A stretch of 64,000 nucleotides of DNA, taken from contig CALSCO010000787.1 in assembly GCA_943704415.1 (NCBI GenBank), positions 1 through 64,000 of the forward strand, written 5' to 3'. The translations under genes were made by a program, and so were the position numbers. Positions 38,816 through 53,128 of this stretch are shown here, in pieces. The stretch's first letter is position 1. The number at the start of each line of letters is the position of its first letter. The notes under the pieces are model-generated. The model had not been told where the DNA came from. It did not search any database and saw only the letters and a list, made by a program, of their open reading frames with translations. The DNA is from Parvularia atlantis. Its lineage: Eukaryota.

Positions 38816-41183
38816 ATGGAGGAGCAGCTGCGCGCGGCACTCGCCGGCAAGGCGCAGGCCGAGGCGCTGCTGGTGAAGCTCAAGGTCGTGTCGAAGAACG
38901 GTGCGCGCGCCCGCTGCCTCGCATCGCGGTCCGCTCGCTCGCGCGCACCGACGGCCGCGCGCAATCGCAGCGATGATGGAGTTCAGCCAGCTCAAGCAGC
39001 AGTACGCCGACCTCGCCGAGCAGGCCGAGGCGCTGCGGGAGCAGGTGGGTGGGTGGATGGGCGCGGTGGGGGAGGGCCACGGCGCCGTCACGATGCGATT
39101 GATCGCGCTCACGCGACGGCGCAGGCCGCGAGGAGCGAGCAGCTCGAGGCCGAGAGCGCGCTGCTCAAGCAGCAGCTCCACGCGGCCACGAGCCGCGCGG
39201 CCCCCGCAGCGGCCGCGGGTGGTGCCGATGTCGCGCAGCTGCGGCAGGAGCGGGACGCGCTCCAGGGGCAGGCGCGTTTCGTCAACGTCGCGTGATTGGC
39301 GCTGATATGCAACACGTGCAGCTCAAGACGCTCACGGCCACGCACGAGGCCGCCGCGGCCAAGCTCAAGCAGACCGAGACGATGCTGCAGAAGATCTCGG
39401 CGGGTGCGGCCCGGGCACGGTTGTTGGCCACGCTGCCGCTCGCTTAGCGACTCGGATTGCACAGTGTCGCGGAGTGCGCTGCAAGAGTTCAACGACCTAA
39501 AGCTCAAGTACCAAGAGGAGGTCGACCGGCGCAAGGACATCGAGGACTACGCCACGAGCCTCACGCTTGAGATCCAAAACCTGCGCGCGACCCAGGCGGC
39601 CGCAACCAAGACGCCCGATGGTGCGCGCCGGCCGTGCGTCGGCTGGGATGCTGATCGCGGCGCGAGCGCGGCAGGCATCATGCAGGAGCTCGCGCAGGTG
39701 CGCAGCGAGCTGCTCGCGATGCAGGAGAGCCGGCTCGAGCTGCAGAGCAACATCGACGACCTGACCGAGGACAACACCAAGCTGCAGCGCGACCTTGACG
39801 CCCTCAGCGAAACCCTGCGCCAGGAGGGCAGCAAGCGCACCCACGCCGAGCATCAGCTGCAGCAGGCGCGCGTCACGATCGAGACGCAGAAGCAGGCCCT
39901 GGCCACGGCGGCAGCGTCGGCAAGCGGGCCCAAGCCGACCGTGGCCACGATCGACTCGCTGCTGGAGCAGCTCGCGCCACCGCAGGTCGCCGCGCTCCAG
40001 CGCGAGATCGAGCAGCTCACCTTCCGGCTCGAGCGGGCCGAAAAGCGCGCAGAGGACGCCGAGGCGCGCGCGCTCCGGGCCGAGGCAGCGCAGATCGATG
40101 GCAGCAACGCCGCGGCTGCGGACGGCGCGAGCGGTGGACCGGCCCCGCCACCACCGCCGCCACCACCGCCGCCACCACCGGTCTACGTCGCGCCCGCCCC
40201 GCTGGTCATCACGCGCCGTGCGGGCGACCCTGCAGGCGGCAGCGCTGCGGGCGGCGACGGTGCTCTGCGCTCGCGCGCATGCGCGTAGCGTGCTGACGGC
40301 CCGCGCCCAGGAGACGCGCGCGCACGAGCGTACCAGGAGATGGTGGAGGCGATCAAGAACGGCGTCAAGCTGCGCAAGCGCCCGCCCAAGCAGGGCGACG
40401 AACCCGGCGTGTCGCGCACGGCCCGCCGCGCGGTCAACATGTTCAACACGGGCGCGATGGCTGACCTCAACTCGATCCTGGTGCGGCGCCGCGGCTGCAA
40501 GTGCCGCTTGCTGAAGCGCGCCGCGTGCAGGCCGGCCCATCAGCCGATGGCAGCGCGCCCGTCGCGCTCAAGAAGTCGGCCGACCCGCGCCCGCCCGCCG
40601 CGCGGCCCACGCAGCCCGACATGCCCAAGCTGCGCCCCACCGGGTGCGCCGCTCGCACTGCAGTACCGTGCGTGTGCTCAACTGTCACGGCGCCCGCAGC
40701 TCTGCCGCCGCAATGGCCGTCAGCAGCAGCGCCGTGGCCCCGGCCAGCCCTGCCAGTGCGCCCGGCCCCGCGCCTGCGCCGGCTGTGACCAAGGCGCCCT
40801 CGACCGCATCGGTGCTCGCCGCGGTCCTCGCGCGCACCGGCTCGAGCGGCGGCAGCAGCCCGGCATCACCCACACCCGCACCCGTACCCGCACCCGCAAC
40901 GATCGCCGCATCTGCACCCGCACCCGCCGCCGTGCCTGCTCCTGCACCGGTCGCCGTGCGACCGCCGCCGCCCATCACGGCCGCAGCCGCCAGCCCCGCC
41001 CGCCTCCCGCCACCCATCGTGCAGGCCCAGCCAGCAGCGCCGCAGCCCAAGCCGCCTGCACCGCAGACGACCGCACCGGCCGCGCCCGCGCAGTCCGAAG
41101 AGACGCTCATGGCCAGCCGCTTCGCGTCTGAAATCGACCAGCTCTTCTCGGACCTCGAGTCGGAGCTCGGCTTCCACATCTGA
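38816..41183 (+). CDS. Coiled-coil + poly-proline + WH2-like protein, shootin-1-like
   Basis: Coiled coils with VSRSALQEFNDLKLKYQEEVDRRKDIEDYA, a run of 12 Pro, YQEMVEAIKNGVKLRK (WH2-like), MADLNSIL, Pro/Ala tail; TGA 41181-41183. Confidence 0.65.
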
Positions 41184-41337
41184 GCGAGCCTGAGGGGAGA
41201 GCGCAGTAATCGTTGTTGTGTCCAAGGTCTTTGTCGAGCTCCGCGAGAAGCTCGCCGACCTGGGCATTGCGTCCATGGTCCCCCGGCGGCTGTGCGCATC
41301 TGTCTCTTTTCTGTTTATGCGCACATACAATTTCACC

Positions 41338-43023
41338 TTAAGCGTCCGCTGCGCGGTGCCGCATGCGGAGCAGCGCCTGCTTGAGCAGCTCGTAGGTTGT
41401 CCAGCAGATGGCCGACGACGGTGCGTGCACGAGCAGGCGCGGTACGAGGCCGCGCGTGAAGCCGACCCATCCTGTCGCGCGTGGTGAGCACCGACTACCA
41501 CGCATGCACGCGTGCGTGATGCGCACCTTCTTTGAGGTAGATCTGCCGCGCAGTGTCGACGAAGCCGTTGAGCCGCGCGCTGTCGGCGGCGGTGTGGGCG
41601 GTGTGGGCGGTGTGGGTCGTGGTGAGCGGCGCAAAGGCCGCGGTGGGCATCTGCAACGTGTCAGCATGAGCAGGGAAGCACCGCTGCACCGGGCCGGGCG
41701 CGCACCATGCGGTAGCTAAGCGGGGTGGCGAGGACGCGTCCGTAGGTGGGCGACGTGCTGTTGTGCAGGTGCCGGACGGAGCTGGCGGCGGGGGCGTGGT
41801 GCACGGCGACAGGCGCGGGCGGGTCGAGCGCCGTGACGCCCTGCGTTTGCAGCCTGCTCCGCGTCAGCCCCACATCCCCCCAGCCACCCTGCATGCGCGC
41901 ACCGCGTCTTAATGACGTCGAGCGGCGTCGTGGCGACGGCGGCGAGGGCGCCCGCGGCCGCGCCGGAAAAGAGGAGCGCGCCGAGGGCTGCCTCGGTCTC
42001 GCCGTCACGCGCAAGCAGGCGCTTGAACGACTCGTTCGCAGCGACCTGCATCTCGGAGGTGAGCATCGCCGACCAGACATGCACACAAACGCACCATGAC
42101 CGCGTGGTGCGGCACGTTCATCGCGAGCGTCGTCGGGTAGGCGAGAATAAACGCGCGGACGCCCTCGGCCCGGGCGACCGTGCGCACGCAGTCCCACATG
42201 CCGCCTGCAACCACAGATGAGTGCCTGCGTCGCACGCACGGAGCACGACACGCACGGTAGTAGCCAAGCTGCAGGCGCTGCTTGATGAGGTCGACGGGCG
42301 TCATGACCGCGTCGTGCACGCAGACCGAGAGCATGCCGGCGAGGCCCGCGGCGAACGGGTGGTGCCCGGGCCGGTTCGCGCCGAGTGCCTCTTTGCCTGC
42401 ACGATGCGCGGTCAGCCCCGCTGCACCCAATCGCCGGCCGATACGCACTAATCTCGTAGATGGTAAAATAGGCCGCATGGGCGGGCACGCAGCCGATCGC
42501 GAGCGAGTGCACGCCACGCCACAGCCGCCATATCCCACGGTCGTGCGTGAGCTGGCGCGCGCCCGCGATCAGCAACACGGCAGCCAGCTGCGTGAGCGAG
42601 CGCACATTCTGGTAAAGGCGTCTTGCCGAGACCTGCTGCGCGCTGCCGGGCGCCGATGCGGCCACGCCGGTGCCGCTGCTGCCTCCGGGCGCGGCGCTGG
42701 CGGCGGCGGCGGCGGCGGGCGAGCTCGCGGCCTGAAGGTGCGTCTGCGATCGGTTTCATTACACCGGCCGCACGTAGTGGTCGATAGACATCGGTGCTGT
42801 GAACGTAGAGAAAAAAAGAAGGCGCGCCGTTTGCGCCCAGCACCGCGCCGCGTCCAATACCGCGCCGCGCCCGTCCCCGCAGCGAGCACTGCGTGCGCAC
42901 CTTGAGCGTGTCGACGGGGAACATGGCCACATGCTCCACCACGCCCGCCGCCGAGCCCGCGACCATGTGGTCGGTAAAGGTGAGGCCGCTGCTCGGGTCG
43001 TACTCCTCCCACTCCTCGTCCAT
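41338..43023 (-). CDS. Mitoferrin (mitochondrial iron carrier, Mrs3/4-SLC25A28/37 family)
   Basis: DHMVAGSAAGVVEHVAMFPVDTLKTHLQ, GCVPAHAAYFTIYE, HDAVMTPVDLIKQRLQ, YPTTLAMNVP, TTPLDVIKTRLQTQG, PSSAICWTTYE. Confidence 0.92.
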
Positions 43024-43242
43024 GGGTGGCCCGGTGCGGTGTGCGTCACGCGGGGGGGTTGCTGCGGGGGCGGTGCGCGGCGCGCGCGCGGCGGCGGCGT
43101 GAGGCAGCCGGCAGAGGGCGCGGCAAGGCGCTGTCCGCACATGACGCGAGTGTGAGGCGCCTTCTCGAAACTTCTCGAAAGCCGCTGTTCCATCGTTGCG
43201 ACGCACATGTGCTTGTATCCTGTCCACCATCACCTGCAAAGC

Positions 43243-44424
43243 ATGGCGGCGTACGTCGCGGTGCGCGCGATCACGGCCGTGCCTGCGCCGCGCGTGACGC
43301 TGTCGGGGCACAGCACACGCTCGAGGCGTTCGACAAGACGCCGCTCAACGTGCGCCACTACGCGCCCGCGGCAGATCGGACCGTCAAGGGCACGGTGCTG
43401 GTCGTGCACGGTTTGTTGGGGCGCGCGCTGCGCTCGTCTGCGCTGATCGCGCCGCGCGAAGGATACGCCGAGCATCTCGGGCGCTACGAGGACTTTGCGG
43501 GCCGGCTGCACGCGGCCGGTGCGGCGTTCGTCGGTCGATCGGTGCATGTCACGTGTGCTGAAGCGTGGACGCCGCAGGCTACGGTGTCGTCACGTTCGAC
43601 CTGCGCGGCCACGGCACGAGCGGCGGCGTGCGCGGGCACGTGATGGCGTGGTGCGCGCGTGCGGGACGAGTGCGCGTCGATCAGCACTAACAGCAGCAGG
43701 GAGCACTACACGCGCGACGTCGACCAGCTGCTCGCGTTCACGGCCGAGGCCGCCGCGCCGCACAAGGACCGCCCGCTGTTCATCGTCGGGCACAGCAACG
43801 GCGGCCTGATCACGCTGCACCGGCTGCTGCAGGACGCGCCGCTGCCCGTGCCCATCCGCGGTGTCGTGGTGACGTCGCCCTTCCTCGGTCTGCAGCAGGC
43901 CGTCAACCCGTTCATGGCTGCCCTGGGCTCGTTCATGTCGATGGTCGCGCCGACGGTCAACGTGCCGATCTCCATCGAGCCCGTCTCGCGCGACAACGAA
44001 GTCGTGCGCCGCCCTCGCCGCACTCGCGCGCCCTTCTCACCCGCGCGCAGTGGGAGGCGTACCGCATGGACCCGCTCGTGTTTAAGACGGCCAACGCGCG
44101 CTGGGCGAGCCTCTTCCCCGCGGCGCAGGCGTTTGTGCTCAACAACATCGCCAAGATCAGCGTCCCGGCGCTGTTCATCCAGGGCGGCGCCGACCGCATC
44201 GTCAAGGTGAGCACGTCGCGCAAGGTCGCACAGAAGGCCGGCGCGGACAAGATCAAGTACATCGAGCTCGAGGGCTTTTACCACGAGGTGCGGCCACCCT
44301 ACCCTGTGTTCGCCGCGGCAGCTGTGCTCACACACACGCGCAGGTGTTCAACGAGCCCCTTGAGGAGCGCAACAAGGCCTATGCCGCGCTGCTGGAGCAG
44401 CTGGACGCGTGGTCCTCAGCCTGA
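43243..44424 (+). CDS. Monoglyceride lipase / lysophospholipase (Hydrolase_4)
   Basis: VLVVHGYAEHLGRY, FDLRGHGTSGGVRGHV, FIVGHSNGG, ALFIQGGADRIV, GFYHEVFNEP. Confidence 0.9.
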
Positions 44425-44540
44425 GGTGCCGGCAACTTTGTCTCGTGTCCCGCAGCAACCTCACCAAAAGCCCCGTGCTGCTGTGTCTGTGTCTGCGCCT
44501 CAGCACTGCACGTCTCCGTCGCTCGCCACCTCATTCCGGC

Positions 44541-46624
<2,084 letters not shown>

Positions 46625-46634
46625 CTACGACTAG

Positions 46635-46649
46635 ATCAGCGGGACCCGC
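46635..46649. promoter_or_regulatory. ATCAGCGGGACCCGC palindromic element, copy 1
   Basis: Identical 15-mer at 58155-58169; both lie just upstream of a minus-strand ATG in a divergent gene pair. Confidence 0.4.
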
Positions 46650-46662
46650 AAGGCACAACAAG

Positions 46663-46808
46663 CATGGCCGTAGCATGGCCGCGGAGTGGGCGGCGCATGG
46701 CCGCGGAGGGTCAACATGGCCGCGGAGGGTCAACATGGCCGCGGAGGGTAAACATGGCCGTGGGTGCAGTGGCGCATGGCCGCGGAGTGGGCGCAGCATG
46801 GCCGCGGG
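46663..46808 (+). repeat. Minisatellite-like array of 8 CATGGCCG(CGGAG) units between alpha-glucosidase and Ubc1
   Basis: Cores at 46663, 46674, 46696, 46715, 46734, 46753, 46775, 46797; spacings 11, 22, 19, 19, 19, 22, 22. Confidence 0.9.
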
Positions 46809-46819
46809 TAGAGATTGCG

Positions 46820-47805
<986 letters not shown>

Positions 47806-47941
47806 GGGCGGCGCGCGTGCGTGCGTCCGCGAGCTCGCGAGCGCGGGGTCTGTGCGACAGACACGGCGATTTTGTGCGTGCACGGCGGCGAGCCAAGTGA
47901 CGACAAAAACACGGCGATATCATGTGGGGCACGTGCGGAGA

Positions 47942-48553
47942 TCAGTGGGCGGGCTGCAGCTGCTTCATGCTCTTGCGCGCCTTTTGAATCGCCTCGTTGA
48001 ACACGGTGAAGATTGCGTCGGCCTGAGACGCACAGGGCATTCCGTCAGCGCACAGACGATGCGCAGCGCGCGCAGTGGGACCACCTGCAGCGTGTGGAAC
48101 TTGAAGATGTCAAAGTCCGAGCCGTTGTGGAACTGGAACTGGAAGGCGGGCGCGTTGGACGACTGCCCGACCGACTCGAAGATGTTGATCTTGGTGATGG
48201 GGAAGGTCATGAGCGCCTTCTGCTCGCCGCGTTGCCGTTTCAGCGGCGGCGGAGGCGCGGACGCAGGCGACAAGGCGCACCTCGTCGCGGTCAAGCACCT
48301 TGATGCCCTCCTCCGACACGTCGAACCAGCAGTCGCCCGCCGGCTTGGCCAGCGCGACTGCCTCGCCGTTCTTGGCCGCGCCCGTGAACACGAAGCGCTT
48401 GCCGAAGCCGGGGCTGAGGTCGTCGGTCGACGCTGTGTTCTCGTGCACTGTGCTCACGCGCGCCCGCGGTGTCACGCACAGCCGCGGCACAGCAGCAAAA
48501 GCCGCACCGTCGTACACCTCCTTCTTGCCGAAGAGCGCGCTGATCCGCTTCAT
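47942..48553 (-). CDS. Small hypothetical protein, possible PH/PTB-like fold
   Basis: ATG 48553 MKRISALFGKK; three GT-AG introns; beta-rich CWFDVSEEGIKVLD..FPITKINIF..FQFQF..FKFHTLQADAIF followed by a terminal helix; TGA 47942. Confidence 0.6.
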
Positions 48554-48576
48554 CGTGCGAGCCGCGCAGCGCGACA

Positions 48577-48607
48577 CGAGAGAGAGAGAAAGAGAGAGAG
48601 AGAGAGA
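48577..48607. repeat. (GA)n microsatellite
   Basis: Directly visible, with one interruption. Confidence 0.9.
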
Positions 48608-48880
48608 ACGCGAACAGATCGCGCGGCGCGATCAGCACAAACACAGCATGCCGGAGATCGGCGTGATGCGCGATCAGAGATTAAGCAGCATGGGCGTGGC
48701 GTGATAGGCGATGAGCGGCGATGCAGCATGCCCGCGTACTCTCACGGCACGGCACGGCACGGCCTTCTCTCTCTTCTCTCGAACGGCGCGGCGCGGCACA
48801 CGGCTTGCGCGCGCCCACCCGAGCATGGCGCGATGAGGATGCGCTCGTGATGCTGATCCTGCGCGCGCGCGACGCGCAGG

Positions 48881-51800
48881 ATGGACGACTATCGCCTGCC
48901 CAACGACGATCAGCCGCCGCCTCCGCCGCCTCCTGCACAGCCCGTACAACCGAGGCAGCGGCCGCAGCGGCAGGAACGGGAGCCCGATGCGCGCCACACG
49001 CTCTCGAGCGAGTTCTTGCACCTGCCGAACGGCGACGACGGGCCGACGCACTACACGTTCCTCTTCAACGTGATCGGTCCGCGATGCCGCGCCTTTTTTT
49101 CGCCCTCGAGCGGGAAGGCTGACGTGACGCGCCGTAGACACACCGCCCAGCGAGCCCACCGTCACGATGCACGAGGCGACGTACGTCGAGCCCGCGCCCG
49201 CGCCGCCTTCGCCCGTGGACGATCGGGGCGAGGACGAGGAGGACGAAGGCGAGCACGTCTATGGCGAGCACGGGCACGATCAGCGCGCGCTGGAGGAGCA
49301 GGAGCAGGAGCACGATCAGCGCGCGCACGAGGAGCAGGAGCAGGAGCACAACCACGACGACGACGACGATCGCACCGAGGACGACGAGCGCAACCATCAC
49401 GATGCCGAGCACGAGCACGAGGCGCACGAGCGTCACGAGCAGGACGACAGCGAGACGGAGGACGACAACGAGGGCAGCGACGGCCACGACAGCGACGTGC
49501 GCTCGACCACGCCGCAGCCGGTGTGCCGCTGCACCAGTCATACGCACCCGCGGTTGACACAGCGCACAGCGCAAGACGTCGCGCACGATCAAGCCAAAGA
49601 TGTTCGAGGATATGCACCTGTTCACCGTGCGCCGTCGCGGCCGCGGCACCGGTCGTGGCCGGGGCTCGCGGGGCGGCGTGCGCGGTGGGCGCGGGGCAGG
49701 CAAGGTCGAGCGCAAGCCGGTTGCGGCACCCGTAGACACACTGTCCACGACTGAGCCGTCGCCGGTGACGATCAAGGCGCGACGAGTGCACGCGCGCAAA
49801 AACGCCATGCTGACGCCGTGCGACTCGCAGATCCGTGCGCCGAGCACCGTCGACAAACAGACGCCCACATCGCCGCGCCGCCGCCGCGCGCCCGCCGCTC
49901 TAGCAAACCTCCCGCTCGCCACAGCCGCAGCGCCCAAGCCGCGCCGGCGTCTGCTGCTGCCGGATGGGACGGCGCCACCACGCCGCCGGCGCAAGGCCGT
50001 GCAGGTCATCGTGTCCGCGACTACTTCATCGCCGCCGGCTGCCGCGCCCAAGGACGAGACGTCCCCCACGGGTGTCGACCGTTTCGCGATGGAGTGCTTG
50101 CCCGTCAGCGCCGGCAGCAGCAGCGAGCCCTCGTCCGCGCGGGCCGTGCTCGACGTGCCGCTCAAGCTCGACGCCGCCGCAGCAGAACCGAGCAGCCTCC
50201 CTCGCTCCGACGTCGAGAACGATGCGGCTGCGGCAGCACCGGCGATGCGCGGGCGCCGGCGACGGAGGGCAGCGCCCGCAAGCCCGCCTGCGATGTTTTC
50301 CCCGACGGCTGTGGCCACGCCGCCGTCCGCTGGCAACACGATGACGGTGCGTGCGTTTGCTTTGCCTGTCAACACGGTTTGCTCACCATCACGAGCAGGC
50401 CAGCAGCGTCAACCGCGACAAGATGGACCGGACGGACCTCGCGCTGATGTCGTACCTGGAGCTGCCACAGTTCAGCGCCAAGGAGATGGTGCAGATGGCG
50501 CCGTACTTGGAGAAGACCGACCCGAGCCAGCCGACATCGACGGCCAACATGGTCCGGCGCATCAAATTTAGGTGCGGCCGCGCGACCGTCGCACGCGCGA
50601 GCTGACGCGCCGTCGCGACGCAGCGCGCTGCAGGCCAAGGCCGACGAGCGGCGCAGGGTCGAGGCCGCGATGGCGCTCGGCACGGGCAACGGCGACGTGG
50701 GCACGGCGGATGAGAGCATCGCGCCCGACCTGCGCGCGCTGCGGCTCATCATCTCGGGCTCGTCGGCCAGCAACGCCGCATCGCCCGCGTCCGCGCTCGC
50801 CGAGGGCGGCCTGGAGGACGACAACGACAGCGCCAAGGGCAGCGGCGGCTCGCGCAAGCGCCGCGCGCGCGCGTCGCTGGCCGGCAGCAACGCCAAGTGC
50901 GCATCAGCGGATGCGAGTGAGGTGCCGGCTGATGCGCGTGCGCCGCACAGGCTGCGCTTCTCGACGGGCTCACTCACGGGCGGTGACCCGGCCTCGCCCT
51001 CGGTCAGCTCGGACGACTTTGCGGGCCTGTCGTCGAGCGCGGGGCTGGCGGGCACGCTGGCGGTTGCCGCCGCGTCGGCCTCCGCGATCACGTCGTCTGC
51101 GCCGGAGGATAAGCCCAAGGTGCACACTGTAGGCGCAGCGCACCTTGCAGAAGACGCTGACGCCCGGCAGACGCACGTCAACCACGACCACTGCGAGAGC
51201 TGCTGCGGTACGGGCGTGCTCATCTGCTGCGACACGGTGCGCCGGCGACGCCCGTTGCGGCGTGCGACTGACGTGTGTGCGCGCGCGCCCAGTGTCCGCT
51301 GTCGTACCACTACTTCTGCACCGACCCGCCGCTTGACCCGGAGCGCCTGCCCGAGGGCGACTGGCACTGCGTCAAGTGCCAGACCCAGCGGGTGCGTGTG
51401 GCACTGCAGTGCTGGCATCGTCTGATCTCGCGGCAGAACAAGGTCGTGATGCCGAACCGTGCGCGCTCCGAGGCCGGCACAATCCTGCGCCTGATCGACG
51501 TCGCCAACACGTCCAACCCGACCACGTACGCCCTGCCCAAGGCGCTGCAGAACTACTTTGAGGGCGGTGCGTCACTGCTGGTACATCGCATGGGCGGCCG
51601 CTGACTCGCGCGTGTAGTCGGCGCGGACGCCATCACGGGCGCGTATGTGGACAAGGTCATGCGGCGCACGGTGATGGACCCGTCGCTCGTCAACCAGCTG
51701 GTGCGTGCTGGCTCGCGCGACGCGCTGAGCGACGGCCGACCCACTCGCACACAGAGCGACGGCGCGCGCTGCCACGGCTGCGGCAAGGCCGCGAGCGACT

Positions 51801-53086
51801 CGGTCTCGGCCATCGTGCGGTGCGCGGACGTGAAGTGCTCACCTGCTGACGCCGTTGTGCAGGAGTGCTCGTTCTGCCCGCTCGTGTGGCACCACGACTG
51901 CATGGACCCGCCCATGGTGCAGGCGCCGCCGCTGCACCACAAGTGGATCTGCCCCGTGCACGCCGAGGCGCTGCTCCCGCGCAAGCGCATCCGCCGGCGC
52001 GGCAGGGCGGCGCTGTACATCCTGCGGCCGCAGGTGCGCGCTGCGGTGGCTTGTGTGTTGGTGGTGCGTCGCCGACTGAGCGTGTGCAGCTGCCGCCATC
52101 GTACTACGCGGCCGCGGCGGCCGCGGCGGCCAACGTCGAGGACGGCAGCGAGGATGAGTGCAACGGGTACGACACCGCTCTATCGCGCCGACGGTCGCCG
52201 ACGCTGAGGCGCGCCCTCCGCAGCGAGGTCGTCGACCTCGCGTCGTCGCTTATCCCGACCGAGGCCGCCCACATTGCGATCGAGCTCGAGTCGTCGCGCC
52301 CGCCCGGGCGGCACGTGGTCGCGGAGCAGGCGATCAAGCTCGACTTTGTGCGCGGGTCGACACGGTGCGGCGCGCTGCAGCGCTGACGCGGGCGAGCCTG
52401 ACGCACGTGCACGCGCGCGAACAGGCGGGCCGACGAGGAGCAGGTCGTGCACGACGTGGTCCTGGTGCGCGTGCCAGACGAGGTCGTCGAGTGCTACGCC
52501 TCGGCGCGCAAGCCCGTGCACACCGGTGCGTGCGGCTAGTGCAGACCCCGGCGAGCGCTCACGGCGTTGTCGCAGACGAGCGCGACGTGGCGGCGTTCCT
52601 CGAGAGCATCGTCAAGCTGCAGGAAGACGCGGCCGCGCAGGTGGTCCGGAGCCAGCGCCAGGCCCGCGAGACGCTGCTGGACGAGCTGCTGAGCGAGGGT
52701 GTGGCGCGTCGGTGCCGCGTCGCACGGCCCCGTTAACACCGCGAACGCAGACACGAGGATCGGCCGGCTCTTTGGCCAGCTGCCGCTGCCCGACCTCAAG
52801 CGCCTGGCCAAGGCACGCGGGTCGCATGTCAGCCAGCGCACGTGCTGAGCCGCGCGCGCCGCAGGGCGAGCCCGTGAGCGAGATCGCGCAGGACATGATG
52901 CGCCAGGCGCCGCCGACCGCCGAGCTGTACCGGGACGAGCCACTGCTGCTGCGCTTCGCCGCCTGGAACTGGTACCAGAGTGCCAAGGAGCAGGTGCGCG
53001 CTGCTGCTGCTGCTGTGATGCGCACGGGGGGGCTCACAAAGCGACAGGTCCGGCTCACGCGCACGGCGGCAGCGGCACTGACGTAG
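48881..53086 (+). CDS. Double-PHD-finger chromatin protein, PHF12/Rco1-like (Sin3-Rpd3S subunit)
   Basis: PHD1 NHDHCESCCGTGVLICCDTCPLSYHYFCTDPPL..WHCVKC; NPTTYALP; PHD2 CHGC..ECSFCPLVWHHDCMDPP..WICPVH; EQAIKLDF; LLRFAAW. Confidence 0.8.
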
Positions 53087-53128
53087 ATCAAACACAACTG
53101 TGTGCAAGAACGGTATGTGGCATATTCT

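Noticed and set aside
42880..42900. Iron-responsive element (CAGTGC) in mitoferrin intron 1
   Set aside because: The flanking 5-mers do not pair into the IRE stem, and the site is intronic.
43215..43241. U12-type intron donor GTATCCT upstream of the lipase ATG
   Set aside because: It would be only 27 nt, with no TCCTTAAC branch site and an imperfect donor.
46663..46808. CRISPR-like repeat-spacer array
   Set aside because: The repeat core is only 8-13 nt, the spacers are 3-14 nt and similar to each other, no cas genes are present, and the context is eukaryotic.
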